64,000 bases of DNA from the human T2T-CHM13v2.0 reference genome, Homo sapiens. The position numbers and the translations under genes were made by a program. The stretch lies in NCBI RefSeq assembly GCF_009914755.1, contig NC_060938.1; one strand, given 5' to 3'. Positions within the stretch are counted from its first letter, which is position 1. Each line of letters opens with the position of its first letter. Shown here one piece after another: positions 13,612 to 27,130 of this stretch. A model generated the notes under the pieces. The model was not told the DNA's origin. It did not search any database and saw only the letters and a program-made list of their open reading frames with translations.

Positions 13612-16600
13612 AGAAAACACCTTAAAATTTTAAGTAACAATATATTAATTAAAACGGTAAACTTAAATATAATTAAATATTTTCATATCACACTTTAATA
13701 TTTTTTCTCTATTCTTAATTTAGTGATGTTTTGTAAAGCTGAAGTGCAAATATAGATTTTGTTAGCCATACATGCTGAATATATTTACATTTATTATTCA
13801 TTTGAACATCGTATATATATGGTGACACACAGTTATAAATCACCGACACTATCTAACAATCTTAAATATTAGACATAGACAAATAGAAAAAGAAATGCTA
13901 TATTATCTTTAGAAATGTATTACCCAAACAAGAAAACAAAAAATAAAATAGAGTAGAGAATGAAGACTATTATACTTAGTGCATGATTTAAAAATAGAGG
14001 TATAAAAATAGGAGTACTCAATTCAACATGAGAACATCAAGAGGAATACTTGATAAGTAACTGGTAAAATAAACAAAATTGCACTAGGTATGCAGGGAAA
14101 TAGTGGTATACAAGAGCATCTAAATTTAATATCCATCTGCCACACAAGAAGAATGCAGAGAAAAAAAGTTAGATATAGATTTGTCTGTACCATCTAACTC
14201 TAGATAGGGTATTTAGGAATTCTGATAATTGATAATTAAGTAGCTTTATTTTATTTATAAAGACTCTGCTCAGAGGTATCCAGAGCTGTTTTCCTTCCAA
14301 ACTATTATCAAACATACCTTCTAATTTAACATGTCTTCAGAGCCTGCAACTGTTAGAGTACAACATAAACAGGGTGAAAAGGATACTGTTGGGTAAATAT
14401 TGCACTCTAAGATGTAAAATTGCATAAACTCAGGCAAAGAAAAAAAGACTACTAAGAAAAGTTTGTGTTGAGTATGGACTTGTAGGAGAGTGCCATCCTT
14501 TACATATTGCTCTTGGACTAGAATAAGGGTAGACAGTAGTATTATATTTTCCAGTGACCACAAAAAACTGGGCAGTTCTAACTGAAGACCCTACTTTAGT
14601 TAGTGGTGCCACACAAGAGGACTGTGATGCAGGTCTTTGGATAAAAGCTCTTGTTTGTGACCACTAATTTGTTGTCTAGCTTTATATCCTAGGAGGCAAA
14701 TTGCACATGTATAGGTAAACAGTAAGAGAGTCAATGACTTTCTATTCAATCTGTTTATTGGCAGAATATTCTAAAACTATTATTCTCCACTGATGAAGAA
14801 AAGGGGAGCGGAGTGAGACTTGTGGAATTACAATGAGAAAATTAGAGTTTAAACAGAAAAAAGAGAAAATTCTAGAAATTTTGTAAAAAAAAAAACTAAC
14901 TGGATATTAAGCAGAGGATTGGGAAAATGTCTATATTTCACGTTCCTATATTCCCAATAAAATATAGTGAGAAAATAGAAACATGGGCAGGTGGAGGATA
15001 AAATGTACAAAATGACAAAAATAAAAAATGTTTTAAAAAAATCGCAACAGTAAAATTAATATCTGCTTTGAGAAAAGCCAAGATGGCTGACTAGAGGCAG
15101 CCAGGAAGAGCTTCTCCCACTGACAGATCAAACCATTAAGAAAACCAGCACACTTTGAGCAGATCTTCCAAAGAAAGGCATTCTGAGTGAACGGAGAAAT
15201 GATGCAGACCTTGGGCTAAAGACGGAAGAAGGTGGGAATGATCCATGGAGTTGCCGAGCTCAAGGACTCGATCCCGGCCCCCAGTGGTTCCTGAGGAAGG
15301 AGTGAGTTACACAGGCATGGAGTGACCCACTCTCATAACAGAACTTCAGAATCCGAGATGAAGGAGACACCAGGACCACCAAGGACATTTAACCTGGCAG
15401 AGAGAGCTGCTTGGAGCGTTGGCAGGGAGAGGACTTCAGCCTGCACAGAGTCCAGTGGGTTTGGGGCATGAATGGCTACCGTGGAACATGGCCAGCAATA
15501 CACATTCCACAAAACTCACTATGTTTCTGTAGGTGGCATTGGCCTGTGTTGACTGTTAGATCTAGACAAAAAGGGCTATCTTGCCCCTGGGACAGGGCCA
15601 GCCTGTCCTGATGCCCCCATCTATCAGCCTCTCCCAGAGTCTCTGCCTTGCTACTCCCACTTACAGTGCAGCTTCAGATGCTCAAACAGCATGCTTCCCA
15701 ATGGCTACTATCATAGCTCCTGTGCCAGCAGACCCTGTCTAACTAGCAGAGATTTGCAAAAGAGCTCCCAGTGGCACACACTTGCCCAGAGCCTCCCCGG
15801 ACACTTTGCCAACACGTGCACATGCACAGAACTCACCACACTGCTGTGTGGTGGTCACATGCACATGAATGTGGACCCTGTAGCCACTGCCCCAACAAAA
15901 TGTTTTTGCTGGCACCCCCGATTGAAGTGTTTTTGCCAGCAGACTCCAGTCCCCTCCTCAGCCCCTTCAGCACAGCAAGTGTTTAACATCAAGGGGGCAG
16001 AGAACTAAGCCGTGGACTTGGCTCCACCCCCTCAGAAATAGAGCATGCAGCTCAGAAGTGCTGAGCTGAGCCCTAGGATTCTGAAATCTTCCAGAAATAA
16101 TGTCACGTGACTGAGCCACACTTATAGTCAAACCTTCAAGGACATCAAAGAACATAAAAGCAGAAAGCCCAATCCAAGGACAGCAATAAGAAAGATTAAA
16201 GGAACATCCGTCCACACGTATGAGAGAGAACAGGTGCAAGAACTCTGACAACTCTAAAAGGAACTGTGTCTTCCTATTTCTAAACAACCACACTAGCTAC
16301 CCAGAATGGTTCAGACTGAAATTGTTGAGATAACAGACATAGAATTCAGCATCTGATGGCAATGAAGGTCATCAAGATTCAGGTGAAAGTTGAAACCCAA
16401 TCCAAGGAATTTAAAGAATCCAGTAAAATGATACAAGAGGTGAAAGATGAAATTGCCATTTTAAGAAAGAATCAAACTGATCTGATAGAGCTGAAAAACT
16501 CACTACAAGAATTTCATAATGTGATTGGAACTATGTGTAGCAGAAAAGACTAAGCTGAGGAATGAATCTCAGAGCTTGAAGACTGGGTCTACAAATCACC

Positions 16601-16619
16601 TCAGTCAGACAAAAATAAA

Positions 16620-16771
16620 GAAAAAAATTTGAAAATGAACAAAACCTCTGAGAAACATGGAATTATGTGAGAAGACCAAACCTATGACACGTTGGCAAAA
16701 AATGTACAAGATGAACAAAACCTCTGAAACACATGTAATTATGTGAGAAGACCAAAGCTATGACTCGTTGG
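16620..16771 (+). repeat. 76-bp tandem duplication inside L1 ORF1
   Basis: 'atgaacaaaacctctga...aattatgtgagaagaccaaa.ctatgac.cgttgg' starts at both 16635 and 16711. Confidence 0.9.
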
Positions 16772-17093
16772 GAAGGAAAGCGAGTAACTTGGAAAACATA
16801 TTTGATAATATTTTCTATGAGAATTTTCCCAACCTTGCTAAAGGGGTTGACATTCTAATTCAGGAAATCAAGAGAATCCCTGCAATATATTATGAAAGAC
16901 AACCATCCTAAAGGCACATAGTCATCAGATTCATCAAGGTCAATGTGAAAGAAAACATATGAAATGCATGTAAAGAAAAGGATCAGGTGACCTACAAAGG
17001 GAGCCCCATCAAGATAAGAGCACAACTTTCAACAGAAAGAGGAAGAAAAATCTCTTACAAGCCAGAAGAGATTGGAGGATTATACTCAGTATT

Positions 17094-18196
17094 TTATTTT
17101 TGTTGTTATTATACTTTAAGTTTTAGGGCACATGTGCACAACGTGCAGGTTAGTTACACATGTATACATGTGCCATGTTGGTGTGTTGCACCCATTAACT
17201 TGTCATTTAACATTAGGTATATCTCCTAATGCTATCCCTCCCCCCTCCCCCCACCCCACAACAAGCCCCAGTGTGTGATGTTCCCCTTCCTGTGTCCATG
17301 TGTTCTCATTGTTCAATTCCCACCTATGAGTGAGAACATGCGGTGTTTGGTTTTTTGTCCTTGCAATAGTTTGCTGAGAATGATGGTTTCCAGTTTCATT
17401 CATGTCCCTATAAAGGACATGAACTCATCATTTTTTATGGCTGCATAGTATTCCATGGTGTATATGTGCCACATTTTCTTAATCCAGTCTATCATTGTTG
17501 GATATTTGGGTTGGTTCCAAGTCTTTGCTATTGTGAATAGTGCCGCAATAAACATACGTGTGCATGTGTCTTTATAGCAGCATGATTTATACTCATTTGG
17601 GTATATACCCAGTAATGGGATGGCTGGGTCAAATGGTATTTCTAGTTCTAGATCCCTGAGGAATCGCCACACTGACTTCCACATTGGTTGAACTAGTTTA
17701 CAGTCCCACCAACAGTGTAAAAGTGTTCCTATTTCTCCATATCCTCTCCAGCATCTGTTGTTTCCTGACTTTTTAATGATCACCATTCTAACTGGTGTGA
17801 GATGGTATCTCATTGTGGTTTTGATTTGCATTTCTCTGATGGCCAGTGTTGAGGAGCATTTTTTCATGTGTCTTTGGCTGCATAAATGTCTTCTTTTGAG
17901 AAGTGTCTGTTCATATCCTTTGCCCACTTGTTGATGGGGTTGTTTCTTTTCTTATAAATTTGTTTGAGTTCATTGTACATTCTGGATGTTAGCCCTTTGT
18001 CAGATGAGTAGATTGCAAAAATTTTCTCCCATTCTGTAGGTTGCCTGTTCACTCTGATGGCAGTTTCTTTTGCTGTGCAGAAGCTCTTTAGTTTAATTAG
18101 ATCCCATTTGTCAATTTTGGCTTTTGTTGCCATTGCTTTTGGTGTTTTAGACATGAACTCCTTGCCCATGCCTATGTCCTGAATGATGTTGCCTAG
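17094..18196 (-). mobile_element. 5'-truncated L1PA3/4-like element nested antisense in ORF1 of the older L1
   Basis: T-rich tail, young-type 3'UTR ('gttagttac...cccattaac'), ORF2p C-terminal ORFs 17400-17927 and 17864-18232. TSD core AGTATT at 17088-17093 and 18195-18200; host ORF1 resumes after it. Confidence 0.95.
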
Positions 18197-21100
18197 TATT
18201 CTTAAAGAATAAATTAGAACCAAGAATTTCATATACAGCTAAAGTAAGCTTTATTAAGTGAAAAAGAAATAAAATCCTTTTCAGACAAGCAAATATTAGT
18301 GAAATTTGTTACCACCAGATCTGCCTTACAAGAGGTCCTTAAGGGAGTACTAAACATGGAAACAGAATTCCATTACCTCCCACCACAAAAACACTCTTAA
18401 GTACATAGACCATTGACACTATAAAGCAACTATACAATCAAGTCTACATAACAACCAGCTAAGAGAATAACAGGATAAAATCTGCACATGTAATACTAAC
18501 CTAAAAATAATTAGGCAGAATGCCCAACATAACATTTATAGAGTGGCAATTTGGATAAAGAAACAAGACCCAACTGTATACTGCGTTCAAAAGACCCATC
18601 CCTCATGCAATGACACTTGTAGGCTAAAAGTAAAGGAATGGAGAAAAATGTATCAAGGAAATGAAAAACAAAAAGAGCAGGGGTTGCTATTCTCATTTGA
18701 GGCAAAACAGACTGTAAACCAAAAATGACAGTAAAAAACAAAGAAGTGTATTGCATAATAATAAAGGATTCCATTCAACAAGCAGACTTAACTATCCTAA
18801 ATATATATATCCAATACAGGAGAAACTAGATTCATAAAACAAGCTCTTAGAGACCTATGAAGAGACACAGATAACCACAAAATAATAGTGGGAGACTTCC
18901 ACACCCCACTGACAGTATTAGCCAGATGTGATGCAGAAAATTAATCAAGATATTTGGGACCTAAATTGACAGTTGACCAAATGGACCTACCATACCAACT
19001 GCAGAACTTGAAGAAAACAACAATAGAATATACATTCTTATCATTGGCAAATGGCACATATTCCAAAATTGACCCCATCCTCATCCATAAAGCAAAACTC
19101 AACAAATTTGGAAAACACAGAATCATGCCAACTATACTCTTGGACTACAGTACAGTAAAAATATTAATAGAAGTCAATACCAAGGAGATCTCTCAAAACC
19201 ATACAATTACATCTGCTCATGAATGATTTTTGAGTAAAATCTAAAGAAAAAAAGATCCCATTAAAAAGTGGGCAAAGGTCGTGAACATACAATTTTCCAA
19301 ATAAGACATACATGCAGCCAACAATCATATGAAAAAAAGCTCAACATCACTTATTATTAGAGAAATGCAAATCAAAACCATGATGAGCTATCATCTTACA
19401 CCACTCAGAATGATTGTTATTAAAAAGTCAAAAAATAACAGATACTAGACAGGTTGTGGAGAAAAAAAGGATGTTTATGTTCTGTTTGTGGGAGTGTAAA
19501 TTAGTTTAAACATTTTGGAAGACAGTGTGGCAATTCCTCAAAGGCCTAAAGACACATTCTATCTACCTATCTTAAGAGTATCTTTGAAAACGATAAGATT
19601 CTACACCTAGAAAAAGCCATAGTATCTGCCCAAAAGCTTCTGTATCTAATAAACAACTTCAGCAAATTTTCAGGATGCAAAATCAATGTAAAAATCAGTA
19701 GCATCTGTATATACCAATAATGTGCAAGCTAAGAGTCAAATAAAGAAGGCAATTGCATTCACAATAGCCACTGAATAAATGAAATACCTATGAATACAGC
19801 TAACAAATGAGGTGAAGGATCTCTACAATGAAAATTACGAAACATTATTGAAATAAATCAGAGAGGACATATGCAAATGGAAAAACGTCCCATGCTCATG
19901 GATTGGAAAGATCAATATCGTTAAAATGGCCATACTGCCCAAAGCAATTTACAGATTTAATGCTATTTCTATCAAACTACCAATGACATTTTTTACACAA
20001 TTAGAAAAAAACTATTCTAAAATTCATTTGAAACCAAAAAGGAGCCTGAATAGCCAAAGCAATCCTAAGCAAAAAGGACGAAGTTGGTGGCGTCACACTA
20101 CCTGTCTTTGAACTATACCACCAGGCTCTAGAAGGCAAGACAGCATGGTTATGGTACAAAAACAGACACATAGATGAAGGGAACCGGGTAAGGAATCCAG
20201 AGATAAAGCTGCACCCCTACAACCATCTGATCTCCAACAAAGTTGACAACAACAATCAACATGGAAAGGACTCCCTATTCAATAAATGATGCTGGGAAAA
20301 CTGGTTGGTCATATTCAGGAGATTGACACTAGATTCCTTCCTTTCACTGTATGCAAAAAAATAACTCAAGATGGAATTGAGACTTAAATGTAAACCCTGA
20401 AACTATAAATAATACAAGAAGAAAACCTAAGAAATACCATTCTGGACATAATCCCTGGCAGAGATTTCATGATAAAGATGTCAGAAGCAATTGAATCCCA
20501 AACAAAAATGACAAAAGGGATCTATTTAAAGAGCTTCTGCACAGCAAAATAAACTATTAACAGAGTACACAGACACCCTGCAAAATGAATGAGAAAATAT
20601 TTGTGAACTATGAATCTGACAAAGATCTGATACCCAGAATCTTTAAGGAACTGAACAAGCAAAAAACCAACAACCCCATTGAAAAATGGACAAAGGACAT
20701 GAACAGACGCTTTTCAAAAGAAAACATGTGTGCAGCCAACAAGCACTTGAAAAACTGCTTAACATTACTAATCATTAGAGAAATGCAAATCAAAACCACA
20801 TGAGATGCTATCTCACACGTGTCAGAATGGCTATTATTAAAAAGTCAAAAAATAACAGAAGCTGGCAAGGTTGTGGAGAAAAGGAAATTCTTATACACTG
20901 CTGGTGGGAATGTAAATTAGTGCAGCTACTGTGGAGATCTGTCTGGAGATTTCTCAAAGAATTTAAAATTACCAACCGACCCAGCAACTGCATTTCTGTA
21001 TATATATCCAAAGGAATATGTCATTCTACCATAAAGACATAAAAATGCATATGTTTATTGCAGCAATATTCACAATAGCAAAGACATGGAATCAACCTAG

Positions 21101-21532
21101 GTGTCCATGAACAGTAGACTGACTAAAGAAAATGTTGTACATATACACCATGTAACACTACACAGTCATAAAAAAGAATGACATCATGTCCTTTGCAGCA
21201 ACATGGATGCAGCTGGAGGCCATTATCCTAAGTGAACTAATGCTGGAAAGGAAAACCCAATAATGAACATTCTCACTTCTAAGTGGGAGCTAAACATTGA
21301 GTACACACGGACACAGAGAAGGAAATAAGAGACACTGAGGCCTACTTGGGGGTAAAGGGTGGGAGAAGGGTCAGAATAGAGAAACTACCTGTTGGGTGCA
21401 ATGCTGATTACCTGGGTGATGAAATAATCTGCACACCAACCCCCCATGACACACAATTTACTCACAAAAGAAACTTGCACATGTACCCTACTAAACCTAA
21501 ATTAAGAGTTGGAAGGGAAAAAATAGGTTTTA

Positions 21533-22050
21533 AAACCACCAAACTTTTCCCAAAGTGGCTGCACCATTTTGTAATGTATGGGGTTTCAATTTCTCCAGAT
21601 TGCCATCACACTCTTTATATTATCTGTCTTTTCAACAGCCATCCTAATGAATACAAAGTTGTACCTCAATGTGGTTTGACTTACATTTAAGTAATGATTA
21701 ATGAAGTCGAGCACCTTTTTGTGTACCTTTTGTAAGTCTTTGGGAAAATGTCTACTCAAATATTGTTTTATCATTTTTAAATTGGGTTATTTGTCTTTTT
21801 TGTTATGTTTTATGATTTTGTTATATATCCTGAATGTAAGTCTATTGTTAGATATTTTATTTGAAAATATTGTATTTCATTCTGTGAGTTAACTTTTCCG
21901 TTTCTTAGTAGAGTTTTAAAGTTTTAGCAACATTTTGCTCCATAATCTATTTGCAGTTAATTTTTTTTGTATTCTGTGGATTGGGGATCCAAATTCATTC
22001 TTTTGCATGTGGATATTCAGTACCGCATTTGTGAAAAAGACTATTTCTTA
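21533..22050 (-). mobile_element. Old L1M (L1MB/ME-like) ORF2 3' fragment
   Basis: 'ccaaacttttcccaaagtggctgcaccatttt', 'aatgtggtttgacttacattt', 'ttcttttgcatgtggatattcag' match antisense L1M. ORF 21586-21774 resembles the ORF2p C-terminus. Confidence 0.8.
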
Positions 22051-24309
22051 ACTTTTTTAAAAAAAGAGCTCACACGTTTAAAGGGCAAGTTAAGAGACAT
22101 CCTGAAATGTCTCTTATGGAATTAGAACTGTGTCCATTACTAAGCATACACTGACCTTACAAGTATACTTATTCTTCATCCTTATTAAAGAATACCATAA
22201 TTAGCAGCTAAATAAGAAAATGGATATGAAAGTATGTTTTGCTAAAATGTCTTTGGAATACAATATTACCAAGTAAGGCAATCACAAAATTTACTTTAAT
22301 TATAACTATTCTAAAGTCTTTACTGCATATTATTTCAGAAATTGCAGAAGCACCTTTATAAACAAGCTCGCTGTCTTTTTTCCAAAACACCTTGCAATAT
22401 GCATTGAATATCACACACAAGACTTTAGCATGAAAATATAAAATTAACATAGTATTCATTTTTTTTAAAATCTGCTTTGATAAAATGGTAAATGAAAACT
22501 GAATCACTGAAAATTGTTTAAATATTAAATTTAAAACGTTTCTAAGAATTCAAAGAAAAATAAACAAAGTGGTAAAAATACTAGTAGAAATAATGCAAGA
22601 CTGTTAGGTGTAAATTATTCAAGTTTTGAAAGGAAGTTTTCTGAAAGAAAAAACAATATATTAAACAAAATTGATAATCACAGGAAAAATGGAAGAAAAA
22701 CTTCCTATACTGGACAATTGTGACTTCAAGTCTAAACAAAATAATCTTTCATCTAGTCCCAAAGTGTATATGTACAATATGAAAGTGGAATTATAATGGT
22801 TTCAAGGTTTTTAACTACATCATCAAATTCTAGAAAATATTCGACAGTATCATCAGTATTTACAATATTTAGCATGAAAAGTGTAACATCTCGAGGATTC
22901 TATAACTAAATAAGTTATCGCGAGCAAATAAAGAAAAAATAATGACAGCTGTAGGAGGTTTTAGAAAAGATGCTACTGATGAGTATCTTTCCTCAAATAA
23001 AAGATTAAACCCTAATAACATTCTTCAGTAAACAAAATGATTAATCAGATCAAAACTGAGAATGGAAGTAACAGTGCCTCAGCAAATGTAGTGCAAGATG
23101 AGAACCCCTGTGGGGTTCTTCGTGGTAGCAGGGAGCAGAATATTGAGATGATGTTCTGTGCAGATTATAATTGAAAGGTCTATTGTTGATGCTGTCATAT
23201 GAATCAGAGGAGATAACTGAGGCTTCTACGGGTTGTCATTGTTCTGCCACGTAAGAGTAATATCCAGATATGTCTTCTGGGTCTCTATAACAAAGGTACA
23301 TCTATAGAAGACTGTATACACACATATTGCAGAGTCGCAACAGTTTGGTGACCCTATTCCAGCTTACCTTAAAAACTATCTACATCTGTACACTTTTTCC
23401 TCTGAGGTCAAAATTTAGCTGTGGGACTGTCCCATAAAGACTTTCATATTGTACATAAGCAACATATCTTTCTTGCTCTTACCTATAATAGGTATCTATA
23501 TTTTTATGATAAATAAAGAAGCTCCAGATAGCTTTCAGCTAGTTCTCATGAAACTACCAAAATCATCAAGACAATAAAAACAAGCTAAAGAGTTTCCTTT
23601 ACTTTAGATTACATAAACCAGGTAACATAAATGTATTACCTTTAGAAATGAGGACAATATGTGGCCACCGTACCAAACTTTCATTGATTTTTTAAATTAA
23701 AACATTAAAATGTTCTTTATTGTTATCAAGATGATAATGATGAATATATAAGTACCAAGAATAAATTTACTTATGAAGCATTTCACCAAAAGTGAAACTG
23801 CATAGCAGTGGGTCATATTAATTGCAAATATCATCACTGAATGAATTTTGGTGCTCATAAAAAGCCCACATACACATGTTTACATTGACACCATGATGTA
23901 GTCATGGATTTGAGTTTTACATCACCAGTAACCAGTCAGCCAAGTGGCCATTGTGAATTTGTACTTTTAGAGTGGCAAGATGTTACAGGGACGAGATTTT
24001 TCTCAGAGTTAGCAGATATTATTAGTCATCTTTTAGTCTTATCTGCAGGGTGTTTGTTCTATATCTCACTCTGATTGTGGAAGACAGTGATATCTTTACT
24101 AGTTGTAAAATTTATCTAATAATTAAAGCTTTGGTGATAAACAGAAGACCTGGAACCTGTGGTTTTCTTCTCTCCAGAGTGACAACGACTTATGTAAATT
24201 ATGGGTACATGGTAAAAATATATCAGTTATTTTAGTTTGATCCAAGTTGGACTTGCAAAGACTGCATTTAGCTGTCATTGAAGCCTTCTTGGAATAGTGG
24301 GACAACGGC

Positions 24310-24360
24310 AAAAAATAAAATAAAGTAAAATAAAATAAAATAAAATAAAATAAAATAGAA
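24310..24360 (+). repeat. (TAAAA)n simple repeat
   Basis: About nine TAAAA units, visible directly. Confidence 0.95.
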
Positions 24361-26499
24361 ATGAAGCTTTACTTGCATATGCAATCAAGGACACAATAAG
24401 AAAATAAGTGTTCTGTCCATTCTTAACATAAAACTTAACATGCTGCACAAAAATTGATAACATATCTTTCTGTTTCTGTAATACAGAAAAATGTTAAAAA
24501 CCCCACCTCTGTTTCAGCTAGTAGAGATGAGCACTTTGAAGTGTGAATGTTAACAGATAATTATGATACATGAAAAAAGCTGTTTGCAGAAACTGTGACT
24601 TTGTGGAAAGTTACCAGAAATATAGAGCAACAAACTTTTGTTTCTCACAAGATGGCTCTTCTTGACAGTTTTGAGGAAAACGTCACAATATGAGACTCAG
24701 AGGCATGGGAGTTTAAATACACATTCTGTCAATGAGCTGAGAAAATAAGGAACCTTTACTTTGGGAAATTAACATGTGCTAAGTATCTTCTTGCTAGTGC
24801 TGAAAATGACATTCTTCACTATTGGAATCTGTCTAACTGTGCATTGAAATAGAATAAAATATTTAATGTTTGAGTTGTAAAACCTGATCCTAATTCAGAA
24901 AATACTACTGCATAATTTTGATTTTCAAAAGATTTACTTTTTTAACCCAGCTAACTAAGGCCATTTTATATTCAAAAGAATATCTCCATTTTTAATACCT
25001 CCAAAGAGGAAATTCACTGGCGAGTGTTTAATTCTGGAGGTATCTCTGAATCATTCATCTTGGAAGCTTACCAGAGACTGAACAGATCACAGTTTTACTT
25101 AGTTTTATTCACAAAAATGACAAGAGTTTATTGACATGCAGTCCAACATTTCTTCTCGAAAAAATGTTTCCAGGAGAAACGTTGGACTGACTGTCCAAGA
25201 GACAAAATTTAGTTCATAAAAACAAATGGCTAATAGCAGAATAAAGTAATTCAACAATACTATTTAACTTCATGTATGAAATCTCAGACAACAGCAGGAT
25301 TTAAAGAAATAAAACTTTGGGTAATGACTAGTAAAATTTCCTTTAACAGATACCACGCCTGCAATTATGGGATTCTTCCTACACTACGTCATGCAATGCT
25401 GTCTGAGTTTCTATGCTCTTTGTTTATAAAAGTATTAAGACTATCAGTAAAAGAAGTTGATAATTCAGATAAAGAAAGTAATTTTATTGGATACAATTAG
25501 ATACAGATTTTGGAGAGGACACTGAACATGAGCTGTGGGCAACTGAAGAAAAAAAATTAAGGGCTTAGGGTAAGTAAATTAGATCTGCAAAACTATTCTT
25601 CAAACTTTCAGAATGAGGGCAGGATCTTAAATTTTTATTGTTACGTTTATATACCTAAAGCGTCGATTTTAATGTTACTTCTTTTCCAAAATAAAATATT
25701 AAAAACTGGAAAAGTAAAGGACTAGAGAGTAGTAAAATAGATGTCTACATGGGTTGAAATTAATATCAAAGTAATATGTAGAGATAAGTAAAACAAATTG
25801 TGTGAAGATTATTATTCATTTAAATTAAATTTTAAAATCAAAGATAATTTTTTAAAAAATCATATTGGTGGTAAAATTGATGATATATCAAAATATCGAA
25901 TTATAGTCTCATTTTAATTTATGAATCCTAAGTTGTAGGTTCCAGGAAAATAAAATGGATGCTAAATTGTTTGTGTCATATGACAAAATGTCAAATGACA
26001 TAGTTTTGTTTCATCCTTTGATAAGTTATTTATGTAAATATATATTATATAATCATAAATGTGTTTGATTGTTTACAGATAACCACCACTTTAAAAATAA
26101 CTATCAGACATATAAGAATATTTAACTTAGTTCACATGAAACATAAAAATGTAAATTATAGGAATGCACACATACAAAACAAGGTAGTATATTTCCAAAT
26201 ATTTAAGTTGTAGCATTTAATTCAATTTCATAAGAAATAAAGTCTTGAGATTAATTTAAAACCATAAATCCAAACTATATGCTATTTACCAGTGATTTAT
26301 TTAAAACAAAGAACTGAGAATAGTCAAAAATAAAAGATGACAAACAAGTATGTCAAATAAATGTATCCCTAAATCAGGCAAGAACAACAATATTATTTGC
26401 AGACCAAAAATAATCTAAGGCATAAAGCTGTGTTGCATATTATTCCAAATACATAAACAATTATGTGTATCATAACGTAAAGTTTCATGCTCCAGTGCT

Positions 26500-27130
26500 T
26501 TTTTCTTATGTGTTTGAAATTTCTTTCCCCCTGACCCCATCTGACTGGTGAAAATCTATTGTTTACCAAAATTTAGTTCAAGAATCACTTTCCCTATAAA
26601 CTTCTCAAATGCATTCCACTGCTACCAACTCTTTCCAGCTTCCCAACAAAAAATTGAACATGTTCTCTGTTGTACCATCTTCATCTACATATATTTATTA
26701 AAATTCTCATCACTCTGTATAATATCTTTTTATCTGCCAACTTATGAAACAGATTGTGAATGCCTTAAACTTAAGGTTCTATGTCTTATTCATCATTGTG
26801 GCAGAGATGGGTTCTTTTTCTACTTCGTGGGCACATAATTATATGATATTTCTCAGCCTTTCTTATAATTAGCTGTACTTATACACTTTAAGGCCTTTTC
26901 CATACAAAGTTTCCATTTGCCATACTCTATGCCATTTTTCTTTCCCCTGGCTTGATGCCTAGGACCATGGTAACTCAAATGTTGGAAGAAGGTGGTTTCC
27001 TAAATTACCGCTAGGGGGTATGGGCTTTACCTCACACTGGCTAGAATTACACAAGTTGATGTTTTTTTTTTTACGCTCAATACCTGGCACTTTATAACAG
27101 CTCAATAATAATTGCTGAGTGAACAAGTAA
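26500..27130 (+). mobile_element. LINE-2 3' fragment interrupted by an MLT1 LTR
   Basis: 'agattgtgaatgcctt...tatgtcttattcatcat' breaks at ~26797 and resumes as 'caatacctggcac...gctcaataataattgctgagtgaac' at ~27078-27125. Confidence 0.55.
26797..27050 (+). mobile_element. MLT1J-like MaLR LTR fragment
   Basis: Starts 'tgtggcagag' and contains 'atttctcagcctttcttataattag', as in MLT1J-type LTRs. Confidence 0.5.

Larger units (their letters stand above)
15070..21523 (+). mobile_element. Near full-length, rearranged and disabled LINE-1 (L1PA15/16-like)
   Basis: 5' end 'gccaagatggctgactagaggcagcc', GC-richer 5'UTR to ~16.1 kb, ORF1 remnants (16356-16553, 16987-), endonuclease remnants (18543-19226: WIKKQDPTVYCVQKTH, TYSKID), RT/C-terminal remnants (19926-21042), 3'UTR and A-tail near 21520. 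Many stops and frameshifts. Confidence 0.92.

Noticed and set aside
15411-16293. ORFs in the GC-richer 15.1-16.3 kb segment; possible CpG island or host promoter
   Set aside because: This is the 5'UTR of the old L1 and is CpG-depleted.
24240-24365. Possible short retrocopy ending in the (TAAAA)n tail
   Set aside because: Only vague similarity to an Alu/7SL 3' end, and no convincing TSD.
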